Shown here in pieces: positions 50,602-62,288 of a stretch of DNA of 64,000 nt. A program made the position numbers and the translations under genes. Under the pieces are notes generated by a model, which saw nothing but the letters and a program-made list of their open reading frames with translations, had not been told where the DNA came from and did no database searches. The stretch is from Fimicolochytrium jonesii (taxonomy: Eukaryota). The stretch spans positions 1,674,001 to 1,738,000 of the forward strand of contig NW_026515669.1 in the NCBI RefSeq assembly GCF_025526975.1. Direction: 5' to 3'. Position 1 is the stretch's first letter; every line of letters begins with the position of its first letter.

Positions 50602-53600
50602 ATGTCGGGACGTTCGGTAGCTTCCGATGGCAGCGTGTCCCTTTACCAATCTAGGCACATGCCAATGGCAACGGCAGCTCGAGGCACGGCGCTCCTATGG
50701 GTCGTTCTAGATCTAGGCCTCACTTGGAGCTCTCTGGTCATAAGCACGGCCATCCTTACCTTCATCAACACTTCGTTGAAGCCGCTGATCGCCGTCCTCG
50801 CCGGGTTGTCATGTCTTTCAGCTTTGGCGTCGGTTAGGCGATTCATGCTCTGCCACCAGATGCATCCGACGCGCTTGACTGCTCGGAATGTGGAGTGTGG
50901 GTATGGAGGAGCGTCGGTATCTGCCAGGTTGACGGAATCGCTGCCAGCGGGTTATGGCACAAGCGGAGCGGCATCGGCCTCCACCGGCATGTCATCTGCG
51001 AATATGATTCCCTCCGTTCCTGTCGGGATGCCATTCGACCCGCAGACTGCGAACAAGCCGTTGATCACTGAACGTAAAGACAGCGGATATCATGAGCTGC
51101 TTTTCGACACAATGGACAGCGGTGACCATCGATATGCTGGAGTTGACGAGGATGAGCTGCGTTCCGAGACATTGCAGATCGTCGTGCATGGCCGGACGTA
51201 TGGCGCGCTTGACACCAGGCATCACTGCGGGGGAACTGCTCCAAGCTCTACCAATGCAGAGGACTTCTATGGGGAGCATCTTTCGCCTGCAGCCGTGTTC
51301 GATGCCATGGCGACCCAAAGCACATATCGTTATCCGTCGAGTCTCGCGCAGGAACATATCGTTGACATGATTATGGAATCCGAGCTCGACAAGACATCCT
51401 GTTCGTCGGTGCTTACAAAGGCTGCCTCTCAACGGCAATCGATGGCAGCGTTCACAAAGCATGTGGCATGTATTGCGTCGGATGAACGTAAGGACATAAC
51501 CACCTCCGTGACGATTCCGCTCGATCAGCCGTCGCTCAAAGACGCTCCATACGTTGCTCACGGCGTAGTGAATGCGGTCGACTCTCAGCCTCTTCGCAAC
51601 GAGCAGGTCATTGGGTGCGCTCTCGCAACTGAAGCGATTCCCAGCGTCAGTCAGAATGTCACAGCTACGGGAGTTGACATGTGCCCATCTGCACCTAGTC
51701 AGATCTCTAATGCGTTGCTGGAAGACTTGCACTCGTCGATGAACGACGTGGAACTCGAGACGGCTAGCAACGTTTTGGTCAACGCCGCTCAGCTTTTGGA
51801 GGAGCCCCTACCGGCAAGTCTCCCGGACATCCAAACCACGAAACTCGCAACACCTCGCATCGAAGGACCTGAATCCATTCTGAAGTCATCTGGAACATCA
51901 CTGCCGGACGTGCAGACTTCGCCATCCCTGAGCGCGTCGTCATGCCCTGATTCAGCGGTCGAACTTCCCGCGTCACCCAGAATGTTTTGCACAAAAACGG
52001 AAGGCCATGCAATGGCACTTATCAAGCTGCCTGGCACAGACATTGTTGCTTCTCGTCCCTGTCGACTCGCTGAGACACCCGAGTCCCGCTTACGCGTTGG
52101 ACAGCAGGATAGACCGATTCGCTATAAGATACCCGTCTTGCTGGCTATGCGTGCTCGAGCGACGGACATATTAGCGACTGTGAACTTGCCAAAGGAGATC
52201 ACCATGCGATGCGACCCTGCCACAAGCCCTGGTTTGCAGACCAAGGCGCTGGGAGTGCGTCCGGTCCTACCCGTCACCGAAAACCTGGTGGAGAAGTTCG
52301 TGCAGTCCTACTGCGGACCCGACGGATGTCCGTTGATCACACTTCCGCGCGAGATACCCGTGGAAACGGACGAGGCGACCGACATCATCACACCATCCGT
52401 CGCTTCGGGTACAATGCAGATTCCCAATCGGATATGGAAGAACGCGAAGACCTTCTCTGCATCGGCAAACGACTTTTGCGTCATGACGTGGAATGTGCTT
52501 GCGCCCATGTACTGCACGCGGGAGAAGTTTCCGGATCTGGGTGAAAAGTGGAAGGCGTGGGAGTATAGGCGGGCGAAAATTTTGGATGAGATTGTGTACT
52601 ATGCTGCCGATGTTGTTTGCTTGCAGGTTTGTGTCGTCGTTTCGGAAATCGCGTGATTGCGACCATGAATCTGACCGACTCGTCTTTCCGACATTTTACA
52701 ACCAGGAGCTCACGGAAGCTGATTTCTTGTACTACTTTGCGCCCCACCTCCACAAACTTGGCTACCGCGGCATATACCGCGCCAAATCCCGCTCCCCTTT
52801 AGCTACCGAGCAAGAACTCAACACTACGAGTACCGATGGGTCCAGCCCTGGCGCGCCGCCCTCTCCCACTCTGACAACACCTGACGGTTGCGCACTATTT
52901 TACAACACGAAAACGTTCCGCCTGCAGTCAGTGCAGACCTTCTCGTACCCGGAGCTCGCCGCCACCAGCCTGCTCTTGCCGGCCACGCATGATCTCGGGA
53001 CGGATATGATGCGGTTCCCCAACACGGCTATCTGCGCGACATTGTTCCATAAAAGCACCCGCAACCGTGTTCGACTCGTGACAACCCATTTGCATTGGAA
53101 CCCTGCACATGAGCGCACCAAGCTATTGCAGGCGGCATGTTTGATGGAGTTTTTGGCGAAGATGCAGGCGACGGATATGCAGGATGGCGCGCGCGAGGGA
53201 CGGGGCAGGAAGGCTGGCGGTTCAAGGACGAACGGTTGTGGGGACTCGCGGATTCCGATTGTCATTGCTGGCGATCTGAACTCTATGCCTGCGGAGCGTG
53301 TCATGCGATTTTTGGAAACGGGTCAGGTTGATGTGACGGGGGACTGGGGGTGGGCTGGGAAAGAGTATGGACCGTTCACGACGCCAGATGATGGCCAGAC
53401 TCGGGGAGACGGTACCGCGAATGCTGGCGACGGAAGTAACGCGGGCGTCACGGCGACGTCTACACATTTGAAAGCGCCTCTTCGTTTCCGCAACGCGTAC
53501 GCAGGCGGCGAGCTGCCTTTCACGAACAGAACTGCGACGTTCACTGGTACGATCGACCACATGCTTTATACCCAGGAATCGCTGACGGTCCGAGACATGT

Positions 53601-54193
53601 TGGGTCCGGTCACTGGTCGATGGCTCGACACCGTGCCCGCGTTGCCGACAGCGAGCGTTTCGAGCGACCACCTTCCGCTTTGCGCGTGGATGTGCTGGAA
53701 GAATTCTAACAATGGCGGCAACAAACAACATGTTGAGCGATCGCAAGGCGCGCGATCAAATCTGCCCCAGTTACCGAAGCACCGAGAGAAACCGTCGGCT
53801 GATGCGTGTAAAGCGGGCTTCACGTACGCGGCGGACAATTCGGGAGGTAAACGGAAACGACGCAAGCCGAAGAAGAGTGGAGGCGACGGGAGTGTCGATA
53901 CCTCTGCCCGCCCACACGGGTCCGCGAACATTGCGATAGGGGGAACCACAAAGGCCGGCAAACCTTCCATTGATGCAGGAGGAAGGTTGAGGGTTCTTCG
54001 CGCCGACGCGAATGTGGCGAACACCAATTGGCGTGGTGACAAAGCCCACGCTCGTGACGAACATGGCAAAAAGGGCAAGCATCCCCGCAAGCGTCGTGGT
54101 GGAGGAAAGGGCAGCGAGGCGGAAGGAATGGGATCTCGCACTGATGAACAATGGCGTCGCCCGTCTGCGGGTCTCATCGCCGCTTGTGTCTGA
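50602..54193 (+). CDS. Ccr4/Nocturnin/Angel-family EEP deadenylase-like protein with long N-terminal extension; intron 52627-52705
   Basis: VMTWNVLA, WEYRR..IL.EI, DVVCLQ|E, DGCALFY, TTHLHWNP, AGDLNS, FTN.T..FTGTIDH, SDHLPL. Confidence 0.9.
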
Positions 54194-54599
54194 GCAGTTC
54201 ACCTCGCTTCGCAGTTTATTTTGGAAAGATGGAAGGGGGCACTTGTGTGTTCCCGTCAACTTTTTGTATGCTCTTGTTGTCAAGAGTTTTTGGCTTTGTA
54301 GTAGCGTAGGTGCTCTAATGTCTAATACGGGGGGGGGGTGTAATGTTCCCACAATGAAAGGAGCATGCTTTTGAAGTTGCCGATTGGGCTGAGAACCTGA
54401 CAGCGTGTCAAGTACCACCATTTACGAGGCAGAATTCAAAAGAGACATTGCCACCAGGTCTTGGCATTTTGTCCTGGTCCTGAAGCCTGTACAATGACGA
54501 ACATCAAGAATGATCATTGACTGATACGGATAATGATATGGTATGTACATGCACGACACTAAACGATTCCTACATTACGACCCTCCTACTTCCAACGCC

Positions 54600-56663
54600 T
54601 CACCCAGCCAACGCATGCCCCGACCTCTTGATATGCTCAAAAAGCTTTGTCCGTGACGAAAACGCCTCGCCACACACATTACAGTTCGTCGACCCCGCAT
54701 TCTTCTCCTTCGCGGCCGCAGCCGCCTTCTTCGCCTGTCGCTCCGCGCGTTTCTGTTTCGCTTTACCTTTCCCTGGCCCGTTGGATTTGGACGGTTGGGA
54801 GTCGACGCTGGAGACATCATCTAGTGTGGTTTGATGCAAGGCGTCCGCGAGACTGTCGACGGCGGCGTCGGTGGGGTCGGCATCTGGGTATCCGTCGTCG
54901 GAAGCAGGTTTGGAAGGTATTGGGTCGGGTTTGGCAGGGGGTGGCGTTGCTGGAGCTTCCTCTTCTTCGTTGTCAGATGACTGCGCCCACCCGAAGCGTT
55001 GCTGCTTCTTTTGCTTCTTCTTCTTTGCTTTACGTCCGCGCGGCGGGGTTGGTTCTGGCGGCGGGGAAGGCGAAGATAGGCGTTCTGCTTCTGCTGTGAA
55101 TGCGGGGATAGGCATTATTTCTGAAACCTGTTCCGTCGGGGTCTCATCCTTCTCATCCCTCTCATCCTCGTCCACCAGTTCTTCAACGGCATCGTGGAAT
55201 GTATCGCCTTCCGACGAGAGGTCGTCGTCCTCATCATCATCCCGGAGTATCCCGTCATCTTCCAGGAGCTCTCGGCGCAGAAGCTCCACGTTGCGGATGT
55301 GCTTCTTTGACCGTTCATGGTTCTCAAACTGGGAGGGGATGAGGATTTGAGGACCACCCACTGCCTAGATGGGGCATTCAACTCATCGACATACCTGCTT
55401 CTCACTCCGAAACCCCTTATCACAAGCCACGCAATACAGCTCTTCAATCTCCTCCTCCTCCTGCAGCTCAAGAGCAGCGTGGTGATCCTTCTCCGCAATC
55501 TTGGCCCATTCCGGAATGACATAATCGTCCGCGCGGAGTTCACGTTCCCGCTTCGTCTCTTCCGCTCGCTTCTTCCTCTGCAGCTCAGCCTGCTTCTGCG
55601 CGTCCACGACGCCTTGCTTGTCCTTCCACTCCTTGTAACGGGGATCCCGTTTGCGGAGGAAGGCTGCTAAGCTCCGCACTGCGTCGTTGAACTCCCGTCG
55701 TGCGAGTTCCCTGGCGCGTTTGTTCTCCTTTTCCATTAAACGCCGGACACGGCGATCCGGCGCGTCAAACAGCCGATGTTTGTCATGCCACCTGAAGGAC
55801 TTCACAGTCACATAGTTGAGGAACTTATTGTAGAAATCCCGCGGTCGGCCCTCATATGCCTCGGTGGACGTGCCGAAGTCCGTGCGAGTCTCCGCAACCT
55901 CCTCCACTTCCTCAACAAGCGCCTCAGAGTCGTTTGCGGCGGCTTCTTCGTCTTCGTGTTCCAGTCGGCGGAAGAGGTCGCCAAAGACTGCGAAGAACCC
56001 CTTGGGGCCGTCGCCATACCCGGAGTACGAAGAGGCGCTGAAGAAGCGCATTAAGACATCGGTGGTTGTGACGTCCATGTACGCGGCGCTTCCGCCCGCT
56101 GTTTCTCCAATCGAGTCTTCATCGCCTCTCAGAATTGCGTCCTATAGACCAAACAAATCCATGTTCGTCAGCCCTTTGCGTCTTACGTATATAGAGCAGA
56201 CTGCGTCTATGCCCATACCCTATGCGAGTCATACCTAAAGAAAGTGAACATATAGTGAGTCAAGAGCCCCAGATGAATAAGCTACAGACGAAAGCGTTGG
56301 CAACACATACAGATAATTGGTGCGCCTTCAACATACCAAGCACGCTCTTGTTCGTCTGAGAGGACCTCGTACGCCTGCTGCACCTGCGAAAACAGGTGCG
56401 TAGCTTCCTCAATTCGGTCAATATTCTTGTCACTGTATCCAGGAAAGGTCCTCGATAAGAAAACTGAACGATGCCTACTGCGTTTCACCAGGAACGTAGG
56501 ACTCACGGGTGCAGCTCTAGGGCCTTCCGTCGATACGCCTGTAGGAGGGAAGTTAGCCGAAGCCCAGTGGAAGGAGACAGATATCTTTGAAGCCTACCTT
56601 CTTCAGCTCCGAGGCGTCGGCTTTTCGCTCGACGCCGAGCAGTTCGTAATAACACGTACGCAT
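54600..56663 (-). CDS. JJJ1: J-domain protein Jjj1/DNAJC21 (60S biogenesis co-chaperone), multi-exon
   Basis: MRTCYYELLGV, LELHP|DKN, AYEVLSDEQERAWY, APDRRVRRLMEKENKR, FLRKRDPR, and two C2H2 fingers (CVACDK.F.SE.Q|FENHERSKKH; CNVCGE.F.SRTKLF.H....H). Confidence 0.95.
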
Positions 56664-56995
56664 GTCGGCAAGCCGAGCGGTTGTGTCGGTGCGTGGAAAG
56701 GGAGTGCTGCAATGAAGACACCCGAGGGTCCCGCCGTATATGCAATAGAAAGCCTGCGATGGACAGAGAGAGAGCACAAAAGGACTGCCGTCACAACCAG
56801 CTCCTACGGGGTTGCTTTCAGGACGGAAATGCTGCCGATTGTGAACAAGTCGACCAGAAAAACAGCGATTTGCCCAAATCGAGAACGCGTTGCCCCTGTT
56901 GCATTTTCGGTCCTTTGTTTTCCACTAGCCCAATTCGCAACGGCGTTCGCCAAGATCATTCACTTTCCCACGGTATTCCGGTGGCTCTTTTCACG

Positions 56996-59900
56996 ATGCT
57001 ATCCTCTCCCGTGCGATATGTGACCAAGAACTTCACTTCCGCCGGTGAGGTCGACCAGTTCTGGGCAAGCAAGGCACGATCGCCGGCCCACTCCACCTAT
57101 CATCTTCGGACAGCCGCCCTGGGTTACTACAATGTTGAGGCTTACGGCCGGTAGGGAAGATCATAGATGCCTCCAAGCGTATTCAGGGACGACCACTGAA
57201 AGCTTTTGCCATATATTCGCTCTTTTCCAGAGCTGAGAACCTTCTGAGGAAGTACATGGAGACAATCGACGACGCGAATGATATTGAGGTTCGTTAGAGG
57301 GTTTCCAACATTCGTATCCGGGGACGAACGACTAATTTTCCCCAGGCGCTGGAAGCCCTTGCTAGGTAATCGCGTCATCATCCGCCTGTAGCAGGCTCGG
57401 GGCGGGGAACTGATTTCGACGGGACTTGTAGTGCTTCGGTGAAAGTTGGGAAATTTCGGGACGCACTAGTGTTGCACGAGAGGTCAGTATGCCCAAACAT
57501 ATCGGAGTGGGAGCTGAACTAGCTTACGACGTTGGAACCACTTATCTTAGGCTCCTCGAGCTGCAACCAAACTCGCACACTCTATTGCTAGCAATAGCGA
57601 AACTGCATTTGAGAGTTGCAAAAGCTTCTCAAACCCCGACTACACGGTGTGATAATGTGGAGAAGGCTTTGGTGTACTTACCATCGTGAGTTCTGACTTC
57701 ATACTGTTTCTGCAAGCCGCTGAAGCCTCATGGAGTTATCAACAGATGTCGGTACAAGGTGGACGACCAGATGACTCGAGATGCAATCGACACACTTGAG
57801 AAGGCATATCAGTTCATTGCCGAACAATGTATGGACGTTTGCCTGTCTACCGAGATGCTGCATGCGCAGGAATTTCTGAATCAGTTTCGCAGGTCCCGAA
57901 TGCGCTACACCGGAGCTTCTACTGCCGAGGTTGCTGCAGTTAGCGCGTGTACCCGAAACATGGAAGAGGAGAAATCTTCATGGCTGGCTCTTGAGGGCTG
58001 TCCTCCGCAGTGCTGTGCCAGCGAGGTTCGGAGGCTCCGAACTGTGACGCAATCTCAATCTGAGTGCGTAAAGGACTAAAAGTTTTTGTGTCTGACAGCG
58101 GCTGGAACTACGTCACTTCACAACGCGAAGCGATGGCATCTTCATTGGACTGGATCTCGACGGCCGTCCAGTTCATTGACGATATTACGGATGGATGCAC
58201 CAACGACGAACGGGAACTGGATATCGCCGAGCTAAAGCTGTGGCTGCATGCGACCCACATTCGTCTGCTCCTACAGAAGTGGGTTAACTTAGATTGTACG
58301 AGAGCACTGTATAGCGGCACGGATGTTAATCTATTGCTCAAAGAAAGCCCCTCAACGACAATGGCGTCAAAGAAGCTTTCCAAAGCCTCGAGACGGCTCT
58401 AAACGACATTGTAGAGCTGCTGCCAATCGCCAAAAATGAAAGTAACCGCTTCTTTGCGGACCTGCGCTCGGTAGGGCATTGTAAGCTGGTGATAAGTGGA
58501 TTATGCGAGAAGTCTCACGAACAAGCTTTTGCGCATACAGGAATACCTGGCTCAGTGCGAACTGCTGGGCGCTCTCAGCGTTCTGCATAGTCTCGCCTCG
58601 AAAACGAGGACAATAGCCGATACGAAGCATCAGCAGTCGCAAATTCGGGCGACGTTGGATCATCTTCGACTGTGCCTCTCTTGTAAGTTCCTAGAATATT
58701 CGGCTCCGCGAAGGGCCCCCGTGGGTTGACAGTTTGCTTTTACAGTCAGGATGTCGAGTCAGGATGTTAGACTTGCACGAGCAGCAACCACGCGCTTGAC
58801 AGTTGCGACGCATGCCATCCTAGCCATTCTTTATACCTTCGACTACGGCTGGCTGTTCTCCGATTCGCTCCATTCCCCGACGAAGGTTGGCCACTCCCAC
58901 TTGAAGCAGCATCCGCGTCTGTCGAATGAAATCGAGTTTCCTACATTGACTCTGCCAGAGAGTTCGGAAACAGAGGAAGTGATACCTCGCGATGTGATGG
59001 TACTCCTTGGCTGGATGCATAAAAGTTTGGCTGCCATCGATGAGCCTGTCTTGAAGCACGGCAACGAAAATCTTGCCGAGTACATTCATGTGGTTGCATG
59101 GCACTATTCAACGGATAGTTTCAGAGAAGACCTCCGGAACGTTCTCCCACGTGCGGTTGAGACATTCCAGGTAAGGCGCAGGAACATGCCACTTTGTCTG
59201 CCGGACTTCAAGACTGACCTGTCATCTTTTCCCAGCGATCTGGCTCGGTCAGTGACCGGAAAGCATCGCACACACGTCCGCAATTGACCCTGGCGGACAT
59301 TGATGCCTTTATATTGATGCTCCTCATTCAACGGCAAGCGTGGTGCAGGCAGAGGAAGCATGCCGGTTCCAGCGGAGTGGAATATCTTTCTGCGATTGGG
59401 GCCTGGAAGCCGACGGAATTGCAGCAGAGGTTCTGGTTGACTGCGCTGGGTAAACTGGGAGATGTGAGTCAATGTCGACCTGCCGGCGGACAAACGTTGT
59501 TTTACTGATTTTCCTTCAATCACAGCCCGACGACCAATGCCCGGCTGACAACATACTTGACGAGGAATCTTTCGCACAAGCTATCCGGGATATTCGCGGA
59601 GTCTCTGCATCCGGCCAGCTATTGACGGCATCTGATGGTACTGGTGTGCACCGCCGGGCTGTCTATGGTTCGATTGGTCTGCTGTATACGCGACTGTCCA
59701 ATCGACAACCTGTGCGCTTCAAAGAGGCTCATCACTTCTTGTCAGTGTGGGAGAGTCTCGTGGATGACGCTGAAGATGGGGCCGATCTGGGGGAGACTGT
59801 GGTATTCGACCCGGAAGTTCAGATGTAAGCACAGCCCCACCAAATTTCAGTGCGACCTTCCACCTTCCGTCCGTAAACCCCCTCGACTCATGTTCCGTAT

Positions 59901-61436
59901 TTGGATATGAATAGGGCTTCCATTGACGAAGCAGACATCAAGAACGCCATCCAAGAGCTGACCGCCCGCAACGAAGGACTGGCAAAGAAGCAATCCAGCC
60001 TCAACCTATCGCTGAACAGTGTGTCTCCAAGACCAGTGAAGGTGGACTCCCCTCTTCCTAGCGAGGACCCCACGCCGTCGCCCGAAAACGAAGCCTCGCA
60101 GCAGGATGTGCCCGGCTCCGATAATGCGTACGCAGCTGTTTTCTCTCCGGTAAACTCCCTTCCGAGGACTCCCAATGGGCGTTATGTGAATCGGGATAGT
60201 CAGGGCAGGCTTGATGTTGATCGATTTGCGGCACCTGATGGCAGCGAGGTGTGTACCAGAGGGGCGAAAGGAACTCTTCACTGAAAACCGCTAACGCATC
60301 ATTACGCAGAGCTCGCATCGCCCTCAGGCATCGGTCAAGGAAGAGTTAGGAAAGGATGTCGGACGAGTTAGTCAATTAACACCCAGCCGAAAGCCTCAAG
60401 CGGTTCAGACCCCTGCGAGTGCGCGAACGCGGCGACACTTTCAGGAACTAGAGGCAATGAGGAAGCCTCCCACGGAAGGTACGGTACTATCTGGTATATG
60501 TAATCGGCGACGATTCACGCTGACTAAATGGCCTCCAGCACTGCAAGATTCCGTCTCGAACGGAAGCTCCTCACCCGCTTCAGTCTACGGCACCCCGATG
60601 CGCGATACCCCTATCCGAGCGTCGACCGCACAGTTCACCGGCCGGTACCAACCAGAAACTCCAATTTCACATTACTACACACCGAGTGCGGGCGAGGGCT
60701 CGTCGATACCTGTAATCAGGCGACCCCCTTTCTCCAGTCCTGCACCGTCTTTGATCCGACTGTCTGTTGCGCAAGTTGAGCCGGCACAGGAATCCGTCAC
60801 AATGGGGGAATCTTTCATTCAAGCTCCTGCACCTCCGTCTTCACCGTTTTGGAGTAAATCTCCGGCCGGTAAATCGCCGGCTGCACCGAAAACTGTTGCA
60901 TTCGACCGTGAAACGGAACCAAGGGAGACTGGTCAGGCTCACGATGAGAAGAATGATGATGATGAAGACTTGGCGGAAAAGGAGGAGAAGACGGTCGGCC
61001 TGGAAAAGGCGGACCGGAAGATGCTGCCGCGGTTCCAACTATCCGGCATATCGCACACCCCGAAGCGCAATCCGAGAGAACTGATAGGCAACCGAGGCGA
61101 CATGTCTGAGCTTCGACGTCGAGCGCATGTGAAAAATGCTCAATTACGCTTTGAAGGTGGTCAGCCGGATAGCAACTCTTCGATGGTAGGTCCTCCAATG
61201 TTATAGTCCTTGGGTAACTCTAAATTGAACTGTTTATTTGTTGTAGATGGGTTCACGGTTGAACCGTCAACTTTCAAAATTAGGTGAAATGAAACTCTCA
61301 GAATAGTCCTCTGGTCATTACTAGTTACATCTGTTCATCAGGACTCGAAACTTTGCGAGATGATACTTCAGCGTCGATTCATGGACGTAATCCACGTAGC
61401 AACTACGCCAGTACTTTGTATAGTTGGGGGAGCTAG
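56996..61436 (+). CDS. Multi-exon TPR/alpha-solenoid protein with disordered C-terminus; resembles Nup358/RanBP2 N-terminal domain (stop at 61306 or 61436 depending on last intron)
   Basis: Manually spliced exons give EVDQFWAS...GYYNVEAYGRAENLLRKYM...EALEALA...FRDALVLHERLLELQPNSHTLLLAIAKL, later LADIDAFIL, TELQQRFW and IRDIRG. Many short GT-AG introns. Confidence 0.7.
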
Positions 61437-62064
61437 TTAATCTTAACGATAGAAATCAGGTTTATCGATATCATATCGAATGTGCGTTGTCTTGTTCTCA
61501 GGGCTATCTTGCAGCATTCTACATCTGGAAGTAAAAGACATTGTCTTTGTCAAATCCGCTTAGCGATACGGCGGCGTGCGCATTCCGAACGGCGGGCTCT
61601 GGTTCCAAAGCGAACAAAGTCATTTGGAAGTTCCTCCTCAACTAGAGTTGGTCATGTTGACCCACAGAAAGGCTGAAAAGCGGCTCATGGGGCAAGAGTC
61701 AATCAGCGGCAAGTGGATGAAGCATTGCTGTTGCAGTTCAATTGAGCCGATATGGCGATTGTGTATACAAATCCATTACGGCGATCTGATGTGATCTGCG
61801 TTCCGAATAACACAGGCGGACATGGTCTAGACTGGCTCGTTCCCACAAGGCACGGACGAGGAGTGCTTGGTGTGGAGTGGGAAGGAGATAGCTATCGTCC
61901 CGTCTGGTTCGTCTTCTACGTTCTACGCTGGAGTAGTAGTGGCATTTGTTCGGCCTGCCTTCGGAAGTCGTCGCGCTTTTTATACCTGCGGCCCCGAGAA
62001 AGAAAATGCGTCGGACAATATTGTTGCGACCATATGTCTGTGACCTCACGTGATCAAGTCGGCT

Positions 62065-62095
62065 TCGTGCCCGGACTTTTGGCCACCTATCTGTA
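62065..62095. repeat. Solo copy of the right TIR of the 8982-9183 MITE family
   Basis: TCGTGCCCGGACTTTTGGCCACCTATCTGTA versus the MITE end TCGTACCCGGACTTTTGGCCACCTACTGTA. Confidence 0.7.
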
Positions 62096-62288
62096 AAAGC
62101 CCGTAAGTTACGCGAAATTTCAGCAGACTGCTCCGTCCGCACAGGTGGCCGCCGACGAAGGTGAGAGACAGTCGGGCCCATTATGAGTCCAGGTGCAAAC
62201 GGATCGAAGAAGATACCAGCCGTGGGTCTACGGGTCTGCGACAGGCCCTGTCCTCCCTACTCTCTCGACCGACGGGCTTCCTGCCAAG

